Shown in pieces: positions 29,196 to 40,136 of a stretch of DNA of 64,000 nucleotides; positions within the stretch are counted from its first letter, which is position 1, and the number at the start of each line of letters is the position of its first letter. The position numbers and the translations under genes were made by a program. Below the pieces are notes generated by a model. It made no database searches and had not been told where the DNA came from. It saw nothing but the letters and a program-made list of their open reading frames with translations. Source of the stretch: Aquificaceae bacterium (GTDB lineage Bacteria; Aquificota; Aquificia; Aquificales; Aquificaceae); the NCBI GenBank assembly GCA_037925075.1, contig JAXSNR010000001.1, forward strand, positions 352,001-416,000, written 5' to 3'.

Positions 29196-31474
29196 TCTAT
29201 AATATCACCCACCTTTACATCGTTGTAATCCTTTAGCTTTATACCGCACTCAAAGCCCTTTGCCACCTCTTGCACATCTTCCTTATACCTTTTTAAACCT
29301 TCTATTTTGCCATCAAAGATAACAACGCCATTTCTTATAAGCCTTGCCCTCGCGTTTCTGAGAATCTTGCCATCGAGCACATAACATCCAGCCACAGTAC
29401 CAGCCCCCTTTATCTTAAAGGTAGCCCTTACCTCAGCAGAACCGTGAACCACTTCCTTTTCCACAGGCTTTAGCATACCTTTTAGGGCTTTTTTCACATC
29501 CTCTATTGCCTCATATATGATTCCATAAAGCCTTATGTCTACCTTTTCTGCTTCAGCAGTTTCCCTTGCCTTTACGTCAGGACGTGTATTAAAGCCGATT
29601 ACAATAGCACCACTTGCCTTGGCAAGCATAACATCGTTCTCCGTTATGCCACCCACATCCCCATGTATGATTCTAACGGAGACCTCGGGTGTGGACAGCT
29701 CCGAAAAGGATTTTTTGAGAGCCTCCAAAGAACCAACCGTGTCCGCCTTAAGAATAAGCCTTAGTTCTTTAAGTTCCCCTTCCTGAATTTTCTTAAAGAC
29801 TTCTTCGAGAACAAGACCCTTTGAAACCTTTTCCATCTGCTCTTTTTTGAGTTTTCTCTGCTCTACTATCTGCTTTGCTTTTCTCTCATCTTCAACCACT
29901 TTTAGCTGGTCCCCAGCCATGGGAAGCTCTTCAAAACCGAGCACCTCCACCGCCACCGAAGGACCTGCCTCTTTTAGTCTTCTTCCCTTGTCGTCAAACA
30001 TAGCCCTCACGCGTCCGTAGGTGGTTCCCGCCACGAATATATCACCGAGTTTCAAAGTCCCATCTTGCACAAGCACGGTAGCCACCACACCCCTTTGTTT
30101 GTCCAATTTAGACTCTATTATGGTACCCTTTGCAGGTTTGTTGTGGTTGGCTTTGAGTTCAAGAAGGTCTGCGACAAGTAAGATGTACTCCAGAAGGGTT
30201 TCCACATTTTGACCAGTTTTTGCAGAAACATCCACAAATACCGTATCACCACCCCACTCTTCCGGTATTAGACCAAGTTCAGAAAGCTCTCTCCTTACTT
30301 TTTGTGGGTCTGCACCCGGCTTATCTATTTTGTTTACCGCCACTATAATGGGAAGGTTAAAAGCCTTGGCATGGTTTATAGCCTCCACAGTTTGAGGCAT
30401 AACGCCGTCGTCTGCCGCAACCACAAGCACCGCAATATCCGTAACCTGCGCCCCTCTTGCCCTAAGGGAAGTAAAGGCTTCATGACCGGGTGTATCAAGA
30501 AATGTTATCCTTCTACCGTCGGGCATCTCCACCACGGAAGCACCTATATGCTGGGTTATACCACCCTTTTCCCTTTCCGCAACCCTTGTCTTTCTTATTG
30601 TGTCCAGCAGCGTGGTTTTGCCGTGGTCCACATGACCCATTACAACAACCACAGGAGGCCTTGGCTCTCCGCCTTCCTCTAATTCCTCTACTTCTTCCTC
30701 CTTTATTTCCTCCGATTTTATCTCCGCGAGAAAGCCAAGAGCCTCCGCCACCTGAAGGGCAACCTCTGAGGGAATTGTTTGGTTTATGGTGGCAAGTATA
30801 CCCCTTTTGAGGAGTTCAGCCATTATTTGGTTTGGTGGTGTTCTAAGAAGCTCTGCAAGCTCCCTCACAGTGACCACTTCGGGAATCTGTACTATCTTTA
30901 TTTCCTCTTCTTTTTCTTCCTTTTTTTCCTTCTTTATATGCTGTTGGAGTTTTTTCAATATCTGCTCTTCACCCTTAGTGAGTTTTTCCTTTGGCTGGGG
31001 TTTTTGAGGCTTTTCTTCTATCCTCTGCTCACGAGGTGGTGGCACGGGTGGGGGTGCAGGAAGCCTCGGAGGGAGTGGCTTCCTTTCTTCTATTCTACGA
31101 GGTTTTTCTCTTTTTTCTACGCCTTCTTTACTTATAGGGGTAGGGGGTGCTTCCCTTACCGCTTGCCTTACCTTCTCGTAAGATTTTTGCTGTCTTGGCT
31201 TTTGTTCCCTATGTTTTCTTTCCTGTGGAGCTTGTTTTTCTTCTTTTGGTGGTTCAGTGGTCTTTGTGGTTTCTTCCTTGGTGGTAAGTGTGCTTCCATT
31301 CTCTACTGATTTTTCTTTGGGTAGAGAAAAATAGTCATAAACTATCTGTAGCTCCTCCTCATCAAGGTAGGCAAAGTTTCCCTTTTCTATACCCCATTCT
31401 TTAAGGACTTCTCTTACTTGCTTTACTGGAACGCCAAGCTCCTTTGCCACATCTTGAACCCTTAATTTTGCCAT
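29162..31474 (-). CDS. infB: Translation initiation factor IF-2
   Basis: [34 protein letters not shown]. Confidence 0.98.
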   Translation of the reverse strand: MAKLRVQDVAKELGVPVKQVREVLKEWGIEKGNFAYLDEEELQIVYDYFSLPKEKSVENGSTLTTKEETTKTTEPPKEEKQAPQERKHREQKPRQQKSYEKVRQAVREAPPTPISKEGVEKREKPRRIEERKPLPPRLPAPPPVPPPREQRIEEKPQKPQPKEKLTKGEEQILKKLQQHIKKEKKEEKEEEIKIVQIPEVVTVRELAELLRTPPNQIMAELLKRGILATINQTIPSEVALQVAEALGFLAEIKSEEIKEEEVEELEEGGEPRPPVVVVMGHVDHGKTTLLDTIRKTRVAEREKGGITQHIGASVVEMPDGRRITFLDTPGHEAFTSLRARGAQVTDIAVLVVAADDGVMPQTVEAINHAKAFNLPIIVAVNKIDKPGADPQKVRRELSELGLIPEEWGGDTVFVDVSAKTGQNVETLLEYILLVADLLELKANHNKPAKGTIIESKLDKQRGVVATVLVQDGTLKLGDIFVAGTTYGRVRAMFDDKGRRLKEAGPSVAVEVLGFEELPMAGDQLKVVEDERKAKQIVEQRKLKKEQMEKVSKGLVLEEVFKKIQEGELKELRLILKADTVGSLEALKKSFSELSTPEVSVRIIHGDVGGITENDVMLAKASGAIVIGFNTRPDVKARETAEAEKVDIRLYGIIYEAIEDVKKALKGMLKPVEKEVVHGSAEVRATFKIKGAGTVAGCYVLDGKILRNARARLIRNGVVIFDGKIEGLKRYKEDVQEVAKGFECGIKLKDYNDVKVGDIIECYEVKLEKPQ

Positions 31475-31496
31475 AGTTTATAATTATAAGCCTAAA

Positions 31497-32252
31497 ATGT
31501 TGTCCGTCCTAATCTGCACAAAGAACGAAGAGAAAAACATAGAAAGGGCAATAAGGAGCGTGAAAGGGCTTGCACAGGAGGTGGTGGTTATAGACTCTGG
31601 CTCAACAGATAGAACGGTGGAGATAGCCAAAGGTCTTGGTGCAAGAGTCTTTTTTAGGGAGTGGGATGGGTATTCAAGCCAGTTGAACTACGGTATAGGT
31701 TTTTGCTCTGGGGAGTGGGTGCTTGTGATTGATGCGGACGAGGAAGTCTCAGAGAAGCTAAGGGAAAGCATAAGAAGGGAAATCCAAAGCCCAAGGCATG
31801 AGGTATATATGGTCTGTAGGAGGACTTACTATCTGGGGGACTTTCTGAATCACGCATGGTATCCCGAATGGAGGGTAAGACTCTTTAAAAAGGGAATGGT
31901 TAGGTTTGAGGGAGTCCTTCATGAAAGGGCTATATACACAGGCAGGGCTGGAAAACTGAAGGGAGACTTATATCACTACTCCTATAAAAGTTTGCAAGAC
32001 CAGTATTCAAAAGCCATAAGGTACGCTCAAATTATGGCTGAGTTGATGAAAAGGGAGGGTAAAAGTTTTAGACTCTACAAACTTCTTTTTAATCCCCTTT
32101 GGCACTTTTTTAAGATTTATTTTCTTCAGTTAGGGTTTCTTGACGGTGTGAGAGGGCTTTTGGTGGCTTTTTCCGCCTTCTTTTATACCTTTCTCAAATA
32201 CAAGTTTCTTTACGAGCTTGAACTGAAAGATAAGAATCCAAAGCTATGGTAA
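31497..32252 (+). CDS. Glycosyltransferase family 2 (LPS core WaaE/KdtX-like)
   Basis: KNEEKNI; DSGSTD; DADE; LGFLDG. Confidence 0.9.
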   Translation: MLSVLICTKNEEKNIERAIRSVKGLAQEVVVIDSGSTDRTVEIAKGLGARVFFREWDGYSSQLNYGIGFCSGEWVLVIDADEEVSEKLRESIRREIQSPRHEVYMVCRRTYYLGDFLNHAWYPEWRVRLFKKGMVRFEGVLHERAIYTGRAGKLKGDLYHYSYKSLQDQYSKAIRYAQIMAELMKREGKSFRLYKLLFNPLWHFFKIYFLQLGFLDGVRGLLVAFSAFFYTFLKYKFLYELELKDKNPKLW

Positions 32253-33097
32253 GTGTGGTAATTCCAGTTTTTAACGGTGAAGAATACATAGCTCAGGCTA
32301 TACAATCTGTACTTGAACAAAGCAAAAAAGTGGATGAGATAATAGTCATAGACGACGCTTCTACAGATAAGACTGGTCAAATAGTAAAAAGCGAGTTCTC
32401 TCGTTGGATAAACTACAATCGCAATCACAAAAACATGGAAAGGTGCTATTCAAGAAACTTGGGAGTAAGTATGGCAAAGGGGGAGTACGTTTTTCTCCTT
32501 GACCACGATGACCTTTGGGAGAAAAACCATGTGGAAAAGCTTTTGGAAGCCTTAAAAGATGCGGACATAGCCTACAGTTTTCCTAGAACCTTAATAGATT
32601 CAAAGGGTAATCTAATAAGGGTTTCAAAAAAGAAACTGCCAGAGGACCATAAGGTTTTAGTTTTTTCTGGTATGGTGGGTTATCCTTCTGCCACAGCCTT
32701 TAGGAAAGGGAGTTTTTTAGGCTACAAGGATGAGTTTATGCTTAGAGAAGACTGGGAGTTTTTCATAAGGGCTGTTATCAAAAATCTTAGGGTAAAGGTT
32801 TGTGATATAAACACTGTAAAGATAAGAGAGCATGGGAAACGGAGTAGTAAAAATATGAGAAGGTTTTATGAGGGAACTATGGCTATTTACAAAACATACA
32901 AGAATTTCATCCCTGAAGAGTACCTGCCATACTTTTTATTCCATGTGGGGGATATATGTATGAGGGCTGGAAGGCTAAAAGAAGGCTGGGGGTTTGTGGG
33001 TAGTGCCATAAGGAAAAAGCCTGAACTTTTGCTATCTGCAAGGAACTGGCTTATTCTGTTAAAAAGGGGATTAAGATTTTGGAGGAGTTATGCTTAG
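32246..33097 (+). CDS. Glycosyltransferase family 2
   Basis: VSVVIPVFN; DDASTD; LDHDD; EDWE. Confidence 0.9.
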   Translation: MVSVVIPVFNGEEYIAQAIQSVLEQSKKVDEIIVIDDASTDKTGQIVKSEFSRWINYNRNHKNMERCYSRNLGVSMAKGEYVFLLDHDDLWEKNHVEKLLEALKDADIAYSFPRTLIDSKGNLIRVSKKKLPEDHKVLVFSGMVGYPSATAFRKGSFLGYKDEFMLREDWEFFIRAVIKNLRVKVCDINTVKIREHGKRSSKNMRRFYEGTMAIYKTYKNFIPEEYLPYFLFHVGDICMRAGRLKEGWGFVGSAIRKKPELLLSARNWLILLKRGLRFWRSYA

Positions 33098-33821
33098 CGT
33101 TCGTATGAGGGCGGAACTAAAAGGAGAACATGTATCCGGTGCGGAAAGGCTCATAAAACCGGACCAGCTTGATAGGGTGGTTAAGGAGCTTATAAGAAGA
33201 CCCAAAGCCTACGACAAGATGGTCATAACCCTTGAAAAGGTTGAGCATGTGGATTTAATACCAAAGGCACTAACCATATACAGCTACGACTTTGAGGACG
33301 TGGAGAAATCTCACGCCTTTGCGGTAAAGAAACTTAAGGAGGAAGGCGTGCCAGAAGAGATAGCCCTAAAAGCCCTTGAGCTTCTAAAAAAAGGTCCAAG
33401 CCCAAAGGGTGGAAATATGAGGGGAGCGGTTTTGATGGATATACATGGCGGTGAGAGGCTTGAGCCGGATATGGAAAGAGGTATAAGAACTGTAAGGGTT
33501 GATTGGAAGGACAGGGAGATGGTTAAAAAGCTTCTAAGAGAAAGAGGCTTAAAAAAACCATATTTGGAAAGGCTTCTTGATGCCCTTGCCCTTGCGACGA
33601 AGAACATACACTGTGGCGTTTTAGCGGAGCTGTGTTGGAGCGATGACCCAGACTATACAACGGGCTATGTTTCAGGCAAAAACATAGGCTATGTGAGGAT
33701 AAACCCTATGAAGGAATACCGCGTTCCCATAGGGGGGAGGGTATACTTTGTGAGGAAGGAGGGTTTAGAAAAACTTATAAAGTGTTTGCAGGAGAGGGCG
33801 GTTTTAATTGAAAGCTTATAG
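33090..33821 (+). CDS. bioW: 6-carboxyhexanoate--CoA ligase (pimeloyl-CoA synthase)
   Basis: SVRMRA...HVSGAER; MRGA; ELCWSDDPDYTTGY. Confidence 0.95.
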   Translation: MLSVRMRAELKGEHVSGAERLIKPDQLDRVVKELIRRPKAYDKMVITLEKVEHVDLIPKALTIYSYDFEDVEKSHAFAVKKLKEEGVPEEIALKALELLKKGPSPKGGNMRGAVLMDIHGGERLEPDMERGIRTVRVDWKDREMVKKLLRERGLKKPYLERLLDALALATKNIHCGVLAELCWSDDPDYTTGYVSGKNIGYVRINPMKEYRVPIGGRVYFVRKEGLEKLIKCLQERAVLIESL

Positions 33822-33939
33822 TAATATGCTGAAATTCTTATATAACACCAACTTAAAGCCTTATAAATCCTTTGAATTGCAAGCTAATCATCACAAGGTA
33901 TAGAATGTAAAAGAAAACCTTTAAAGGGAGGTAAAAGCT

Positions 33940-35184
33940 ATGAAAAAGGCACTTACTCTAACAGCCCTACTGGGCATGGCCGGACTTTCTTTTGCCACAA
34001 ACGGAGATAATCTTATAGGTGTTTCTCCAGCATCAAGGGGTATGGGTGGTATAGGCGTTGGTATGCCAGTAGGACCCACAGACTCCATCTTTAGAAACCC
34101 AGCATGGATGAGCCATTACAAGGGCTTTAACCTGAGCTTTGGTGGCATACTCTTTATGCCAAAAGTAAAGGCAAAAACCAACGTGACTCCAATGGGTCCT
34201 ATGAATCCTCCTGCCTCCGCGACCAGCGAAGCGGATATGTTTGTAGTCCCAGAGGTGGGCATAGTGCATCAGATCAACAACAAACTTACCTTTGGTATAG
34301 GTGCCTTTGGTGTCTCTGGTATGGGCGTGGACTACAGAAACAAGGACCCAAGGCTAGCCAACATGCACACAACGCTGCAGTTTATGAGGGTAATTCCAGC
34401 CCTCGCCTATAAAGTAAACGATGCTATCGCTCTTTCGGGTGCTCTTCATCTGGCTTACGGCTCACTGGACATGGGTGCAAACATGTGTCAGCCTATGACT
34501 ACCAACTGCTGGAACGCAGGAGGTGGACAATCTCAGACCTATGGCATAGGTGTTCAGCTTGGTATGTCTTACAACATGGCGGACTTTGTCTATGCAGGTA
34601 TCACCTACCAAAGCCCTGTGGCTATGACCTACAAGAGAGTTTTTGACAGCGATGGCAACGGGGTTCTTGAAAACCTCAAGCTTACTCAACCTCAAGAGCT
34701 TGCCTTTGGTTTAGGTGTAAAGCCCATGGATAACCTAAAGGTTGGTATGGACATAAGGTGGATAAACTGGAAGAACGCAAAGGGTTACAAGCACTTCCAG
34801 TGGAAAGACCAGTGGGTCATAGCCCTCGGTGGCGAATACAAGCCCACACAAAAACTAGCTTTGAGAGCTGGCTACAACTACGGAAAATCTCCCATAAGGG
34901 GCGGAGCGAAGAACCCTATGAATGCAAACAACATACCTAACTTCTCCGCACCCTTTAGCGACTTTAACATAGCATGGTTTAACCTCGTAGGTTTCCCTGC
35001 AATAACGGAACAGCATATAACCCTTGGTCTTGGCTACGAATTTACAAAAACCTTTGACATAGACTTGGCATACAAATACGCCTTTAACAAGAAGGTAAAA
35101 GCCACAGACCCCTCAGGAGCTTTCCTCGTAGAAGCACAAAATGCCCAAAACGCCATATCTATAGGTCTTAACTGGAAGTTTTAA
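33940..35184 (+). CDS. FadL/TodX (OMPP1) family outer-membrane transport protein
   Basis: Signal peptide; ATNG...SRGMGG; NPA motif; LRAGYNYG; terminal WKF. Confidence 0.88.
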   Translation: MKKALTLTALLGMAGLSFATNGDNLIGVSPASRGMGGIGVGMPVGPTDSIFRNPAWMSHYKGFNLSFGGILFMPKVKAKTNVTPMGPMNPPASATSEADMFVVPEVGIVHQINNKLTFGIGAFGVSGMGVDYRNKDPRLANMHTTLQFMRVIPALAYKVNDAIALSGALHLAYGSLDMGANMCQPMTTNCWNAGGGQSQTYGIGVQLGMSYNMADFVYAGITYQSPVAMTYKRVFDSDGNGVLENLKLTQPQELAFGLGVKPMDNLKVGMDIRWINWKNAKGYKHFQWKDQWVIALGGEYKPTQKLALRAGYNYGKSPIRGGAKNPMNANNIPNFSAPFSDFNIAWFNLVGFPAITEQHITLGLGYEFTKTFDIDLAYKYAFNKKVKATDPSGAFLVEAQNAQNAISIGLNWKF

Positions 35185-35192
35185 GGCACTTC

Positions 35193-35211
35193 GGGGAGGC
35201 TCTTCCTCCCC
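35193..35211 (+). terminator. GC-rich hairpin after fadL-like gene (probable terminator or processing stem)
   Basis: GGGGAGG-ctctt-CCTCCCC; U-tail is weak. Confidence 0.55.
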
Positions 35212-35291
35212 ACTTAAAAGGTGATTAGTCTCATACAAAACCTCATAGCTCTCTGGTAAAATCCTTTCAAAACTTTTCAAGGAGGTATCCG

Positions 35292-35624
35292 ATGGAATTT
35301 AGGCATGTTTTTGTATGCGTAAACCAAAGGCCACCGGGTCATCCCATGGGCTCCTGTGCGGAAAAGGGTGGAAGGGACATATACATGAAGCTCATGGAAA
35401 AACTGCAAACGGACCCTGAACTCTTTATGAGCACTGCCATAACTCCTACAGGCTGTCTTGGACCCTGTGGTCTTGGTCCCACCATAGTGGTATATCCTGA
35501 TGCGGTATGGTATGGCAATGTAAAGCCCTCAGATGTGGATGAAATAGTCCAAAGCCACCTCAAGGGTGGTCAGCCTGTGGAAAGGCTTGTGGTTTCTAAG
35601 GGCAAACCACCGGGCATGTTCTAA
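35292..35624 (+). CDS. Thioredoxin-like [2Fe-2S] ferredoxin
   Basis: HVFVC...SC...TGCLGPC..GP.IVVYPDAVWY. Confidence 0.92.
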   Translation: MEFRHVFVCVNQRPPGHPMGSCAEKGGRDIYMKLMEKLQTDPELFMSTAITPTGCLGPCGLGPTIVVYPDAVWYGNVKPSDVDEIVQSHLKGGQPVERLVVSKGKPPGMF

Positions 35625-35633
35625 TAGATGGGG

Positions 35634-35876
35634 CTATGTAGCCCCCGGTACTCCTTCTTCTTCAAATTCTATCTCCATCTTTTCTGCTGGTATTATGGTT
35701 GTTATGGCATGTTTATAAACCAGTGTTTGTTGCCTTCCGTCTTCCATAAGAATGGTGTAGAGGTCAAAGGACCTTATCCTTCCCTGAAGCCTCACACCAT
35801 TAACAAGATAGATGGTAACCTTTACCCTTCTTTTCCTTGCGGTGTTTAAAAAAGCCTCCTGAAGCTTGTAAGCCAT
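35634..35876 (-). CDS. hfq: RNA chaperone Hfq
   Basis: LQEAFLN; YLVNGVRLQG; LVYKHAITTI. Confidence 0.97.
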   Translation of the reverse strand: MAYKLQEAFLNTARKRRVKVTIYLVNGVRLQGRIRSFDLYTILMEDGRQQTLVYKHAITTIIPAEKMEIEFEEEGVPGAT

Positions 35877-35879
35877 ATT

Positions 35880-36869
35880 TCATCTCCTCCTTTCCAAAAA
35901 TTCCACAGTGGTATGGTAAAGCCTTTCTGCCAAAAGAATATAATACTCGTAGTTCTCCAACTTTTCAAGAAGTTCCAAAGGAAAAGCGTCAAGCCCGGCA
36001 TAAGCACCTACAAAGGAGCCCACAAGGTATCCTATGGCGTCTGTGTCTCCACCAGCCATTCCACAGGCATTGATACCCTCCCAAAAGGCTTCCAAAGGTT
36101 CATCCACATACCTTAAGAAGATAAAAACAGAAAGGGGCAGAGCTTCAAAGGCGTAGGTGGAGTTTCCTATAAGTCTTATGGCTTCCTCTGTGTCCGCTTG
36201 TTCCTCTAAAAGTTTTCTTATGTTCCATAGGTAGGCTTTGCTTTTTTGGTACTTTAAAAAAGCCTCAAGTCTATCAAGAAGATAGTACCTTTGGATAGGG
36301 TCCCTAAGGTCGAAGCTTTCGAGCAAAAGATAGCTAATCATGGCTGAAACTATGGCACTGGCGTCGTAAACTTCTTTGCTTCTGTGGGTTATCAGGCTCA
36401 CAAGCCTTCCTGCTTCTACCGCAAGATAGGGATTGTAGTAATGGAAAAGCCCTGTTATGGTACATCTGAGAACCCCCTCCACGGAAGAGGATACAAGCCC
36501 AGCCTCCTCAAGGCTTACGCCCGAAGATATAAGGTCAATGGCACTTAGCAATGCAGGATCAGGATACCGGTGGCTTTCTTCTTTGCCTGCCCATTCTCTT
36601 AACTTTTCAAAAAAGTGGTAGGGGTCTATTGCCTTTTTTTCCACTATGCTCTGGGCAAGAAGCACGCTTATGGTGGTCTCATCAGAAGTCTTTTCTGGCT
36701 CAAGCCCTACAGATGGGCTAAGAGGATGAGGCTCCACAAAACCCATAACCCTTCCACCGTAAAAGTCAAGCACATCAACGAAGGGCACATCCTCAAGGCT
36801 TTTCCCAATGGCATCACCTAAGGCACCGCCAAGGATAACACCCTTAAACTTATCAAGGAGTATGTCCAT
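35880..36869 (-). CDS. ADP-ribosylglycohydrolase (DraG/ARH family)
   Basis: GGALGDAIG; TSDET; ITH; GGDTDAIG..GSFVGA. Confidence 0.9.
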   Translation of the reverse strand: MDILLDKFKGVILGGALGDAIGKSLEDVPFVDVLDFYGGRVMGFVEPHPLSPSVGLEPEKTSDETTISVLLAQSIVEKKAIDPYHFFEKLREWAGKEESHRYPDPALLSAIDLISSGVSLEEAGLVSSSVEGVLRCTITGLFHYYNPYLAVEAGRLVSLITHRSKEVYDASAIVSAMISYLLLESFDLRDPIQRYYLLDRLEAFLKYQKSKAYLWNIRKLLEEQADTEEAIRLIGNSTYAFEALPLSVFIFLRYVDEPLEAFWEGINACGMAGGDTDAIGYLVGSFVGAYAGLDAFPLELLEKLENYEYYILLAERLYHTTVEFLERRR

Positions 36870-36881
36870 TTAAACTCATAA

Positions 36882-38489
36882 TTATAGCTCCGATTTGACC
36901 TGAGAGAAGAACTCCCTTACCACCTCACGCCAATCCCTTTGCCCTTCCTCCACCTTATCAAGACCTTGCTCCATCTGACTGGTAAAGGCGTAGTCTATCA
37001 CCCTTGGGAAGTTTTCCTGCAAAAAGTCCATTACCTCAAAGGCTATCTCCGTGGGCTTTAGGTGTCCCTTTTCTTCTACCACATAGCCTCGCTCTTTTAA
37101 GGTTTTTACTATGGTGGCGTAGGTGGAGGGCCTGCCTATACCAAGCTCCTCAAGTTTTTTGATTAAAGAGCCTTCAGTATATCTGGGTGGGGGTTGAGTT
37201 TGTCTTTTCTCAAGGCTTATACTTTTGGGCTTTAAAATTTCTCCCTCCTTTAGGGTTGGCAAGTGCAAAAGCTCTTTTTTCTCTGGGTATATCTTCAAAT
37301 AGCCATCAAAAAGCATCTCTGAACCTACCGCCAAAAACTTTATGTTTTCGCCCCTCTTCTTTTCGTATATGGGCACGATTACCGCCTTCTTTTTCACAAA
37401 TAAGGCAGGACTGGAAAGGCTCGCAAGGGTCCTACTCAGTATAAGCATGTAAAGTTCTAACTCCTTTCCTTTTAGGGGTGGCTTTTTTAAGCCAGTGGGT
37501 CTTATACACTCATGGGCACCCTGAGAGGTTGCCTTTTCTTTAAAGCTTCTGAGCCTTCCCACGTATGCCTTGCCGTAGGCTTTTTCTATGTATCTCATAA
37601 ACTCTTCCGCCTTCTGAGGGTTCATCCTATGGCTGTCTGTTCTTGGGTAGGTTATATAGCCTTCTTCGTATAGCTTTTGGGCTATCTTCTGCACCTGATC
37701 CACGCTCAGCTTTAAAAGACCACTGGCTACAGCCTGAAGGCTTGAGGTTATAAAGGGTTTTGGGGGTTCTTCCCTTTCCTTCTTTTCTTCGTAGCTTATT
37801 ACTTCAAATAGGGCGTCTTTTAGCTTTTCAAGGTAGGGCTTGGCGTTTTCCGGCTTTTCAAACCTGTAATCCCATAGGGCGGAAAACTCCACACCATCCT
37901 TTTCAAAGACCACCTTTATGTAGTAGTACTCCTTCTTTCTAAAAGCCATTACCTCCCTTTCTCTTTCCACTATGAGCCTGAGAGCTGGAGACTGGACTCT
38001 ACCAAGGGAAAGGGTGTTTTTACCCAAAGCCCTCCAAAGATACGGCGACAGCTTGTAGCCTATAAGCCTGTCGAGGACCCTTCTTGCAAACTGAGCGCTT
38101 ACAAGGCTTAGGTTTATGTTGGTGGGCTTTTCTATGGAAGACCTTATACTCTGGGAAGTAACCTCATAAAAGACCACCCTGCTTATGGGCTTTTTTAGTT
38201 CCTCAAGGTCCCTATAAACAAAGTAGGCTATGGCTTCTCCTTCCCTGTCTGGGTCTGTGCCTATGTATATGGCTTCCGCTTTGCGAGCTACCGTTTTTAA
38301 CTTCGCCATAAGCTCCTTCTTACCCTTTACCCACACAAAGGTGGGCTTTATGTTCTCTTCGTCCACGCCAAGCCTGTCCCTTGGCAGGTCTCTTATATGA
38401 CCTAGTGTGGCTTTGACTACCCATCCCTTTCCTAAATACTTGGCTATGGTCTTCGCCTTGGTAGGGCTTTCCACTATAAATAGCCTCAT
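36882..38489 (-). CDS. topA: Type IA DNA topoisomerase I (no C-terminal Zn ribbons)
   Basis: IVESPTKAKTI; TDPDREGE; GRVQS; ITYPRTD (catalytic Tyr); GIGRPSTYA; start set at ATG 38489. Confidence 0.95.
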   Translation of the reverse strand: MRLFIVESPTKAKTIAKYLGKGWVVKATLGHIRDLPRDRLGVDEENIKPTFVWVKGKKELMAKLKTVARKAEAIYIGTDPDREGEAIAYFVYRDLEELKKPISRVVFYEVTSQSIRSSIEKPTNINLSLVSAQFARRVLDRLIGYKLSPYLWRALGKNTLSLGRVQSPALRLIVEREREVMAFRKKEYYYIKVVFEKDGVEFSALWDYRFEKPENAKPYLEKLKDALFEVISYEEKKEREEPPKPFITSSLQAVASGLLKLSVDQVQKIAQKLYEEGYITYPRTDSHRMNPQKAEEFMRYIEKAYGKAYVGRLRSFKEKATSQGAHECIRPTGLKKPPLKGKELELYMLILSRTLASLSSPALFVKKKAVIVPIYEKKRGENIKFLAVGSEMLFDGYLKIYPEKKELLHLPTLKEGEILKPKSISLEKRQTQPPPRYTEGSLIKKLEELGIGRPSTYATIVKTLKERGYVVEEKGHLKPTEIAFEVMDFLQENFPRVIDYAFTSQMEQGLDKVEEGQRDWREVVREFFSQVKSEL

Positions 38490-38535
38490 GAGAATGTTAT
38501 AATATAAAAAGCCTAAGAAAAAAGAGGAGGTAGTT

Positions 38536-39681
38536 ATGAAGATAACCCTTAGCGTAATAAAGGCAGACATAGGGGGCTATGTAGGGCATTCCTCTGCCCA
38601 TCCCGATGTAGTGGAAAAGGTAAAAGAGATAGGTATAAGGGAAGTGGAAAAGGGAAACCTTATTGATTGCCAAGTGCTTGTTTGTGGTGATGATATAGCC
38701 CTTGTGATGACACATCAACATGGTGTGGACAGTGAACTGGTGCATGGCATAGCATGGAGAGCCTTTGAAGAGGGAACGGAGGTAGCCAAAAGGCTCAAGC
38801 TTTATGGAGCAGGTCAAGACCTTCTTTCTGATACCTTTTCAGGAAATATAAAGGGCATGGGTCCGGGCGTGGCGGAGATGGAGTTTGAAGAAAGACCTTC
38901 AGAGCCCGTAATAGTTTTCTTTGCGGACAAGACAGCACCCAGTGCTTGGAGCTTGCCTCTCTATGAGATGTTTGCGGACCCAATGGTCTGTGCGGGCCTT
39001 GTTATAGACCCAAAGATGCACGACGGCTTTACCTTTGAGGTGCTTGACACCTTTACCGGCAAGGCGGTAAGGCTTTCTACCCCCGCAGAACTTTATGATC
39101 TTCTTGCTCTAATAGGAACGGTGGAACGTTATGCGGTCAAAAGCGTCTGGAGAAACTCCGATGGTGAGATAGGTGCGGTTGCATCCACTCAAAGGCTTTC
39201 CCTTATAGCGGGCAAATATGTGGGAAAGGATGACCCGGTTATGATAGTAAGGTCTCAGTCGGGCTTTCCTGCCATAGGTGAAATTCTTGAGCCCTTTGCA
39301 AGGCCTTGGATAGTGGAAGGATGGATGAGAGGATCCCACAACGGACCTCTTATGCCCGTATCCTTCAAAAATGCGACACCTTCAAGGTTTGACGGACCTC
39401 CAAGGGTAATAGCGGCAGGCTATCAGATAGCCAACGGAAAACTCATAGGTCCGAGAGACCTCTTTGACGACCCAGCCTTTGATAAGGCAAGGGAGCAAGC
39501 CCAGATTATAGCGGACATACTCAGGCGTCAAGGCATCTTTGAACCCCACAGACTGCCCTCTGAAGAAATGGAATACACAACCCTTCCCAAAATACTCAAA
39601 AAGCTTGAAGGCAGGTTTTATGAGCTTGAAGAGGGCAAAAAGGCACCTACCGGTGAAGAACACCACACGGAGACCGACTGA
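38536..39681 (+). CDS. fbp: Fructose-1,6-bisphosphate aldolase/phosphatase (class V FBPase)
   Basis: SVIKADIGG..GH; CGDD; LYGAGQDLL; YVGKDDP; GWMRGSH; MEYTT. Confidence 0.95.
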   Translation: MKITLSVIKADIGGYVGHSSAHPDVVEKVKEIGIREVEKGNLIDCQVLVCGDDIALVMTHQHGVDSELVHGIAWRAFEEGTEVAKRLKLYGAGQDLLSDTFSGNIKGMGPGVAEMEFEERPSEPVIVFFADKTAPSAWSLPLYEMFADPMVCAGLVIDPKMHDGFTFEVLDTFTGKAVRLSTPAELYDLLALIGTVERYAVKSVWRNSDGEIGAVASTQRLSLIAGKYVGKDDPVMIVRSQSGFPAIGEILEPFARPWIVEGWMRGSHNGPLMPVSFKNATPSRFDGPPRVIAAGYQIANGKLIGPRDLFDDPAFDKAREQAQIIADILRRQGIFEPHRLPSEEMEYTTLPKILKKLEGRFYELEEGKKAPTGEEHHTETD

Positions 39682-40136
39682 TGGAGAAAATATACAGCAT
39701 AGAGGAAAGGGTTGTCCTTATAGTGGAGGAGTTTTTTACAGACCTATCTTCAAAGGAGCCCTTTCCCTCCCTTCTTTCTGAGTACCGTTTTAGGCTAAAA
39801 TCCAAGTTGGTGGAGCTTATAAACCAGTTTCCCACGGACATGCAGGCAAGGAACGCCAGCTTCGACAGTGCTCTGGAGGGAATACTCAAAAGCCTCGAGG
39901 AAACCATAAATAAGACAAACTTGGAAAACAAGGAAGAACTCAGACGTCTCATAAGAGCTCTTGAAGAGACCAATGAGGTTTTAAAGGAATTCCTTTATGG
40001 CGATAGCATAAGGGATAAATCTTTTCTGTCAAAGGCGTCTGGTAGGATAGGCAACTGGGTAGAGAGCCTTAGTATGGAATTTAAAAGAAGGTTTGGGGGG
40101 CTCATAAATCGTATAAAATCCCTTTTTGGTAGATGA
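39681..40136 (+). CDS. Hypothetical helical protein
   Basis: 151-aa ORF coupled to both neighbours; no recognised motif. Confidence 0.75.
   Translation: MEKIYSIEERVVLIVEEFFTDLSSKEPFPSLLSEYRFRLKSKLVELINQFPTDMQARNASFDSALEGILKSLEETINKTNLENKEELRRLIRALEETNEVLKEFLYGDSIRDKSFLSKASGRIGNWVESLSMEFKRRFGGLINRIKSLFGR

Noticed and set aside
30302..31309. Plus-strand ORFs antisense to infB and other 60-180-aa shadow ORFs throughout the window
   Set aside because: They lie opposite or inside well-supported genes and have low-complexity antisense-type composition with no motifs.
36882..38489. Truncated topA
   Set aside because: The catalytic core is complete with a clean stop; lack of Zn ribbons is a known natural variant.
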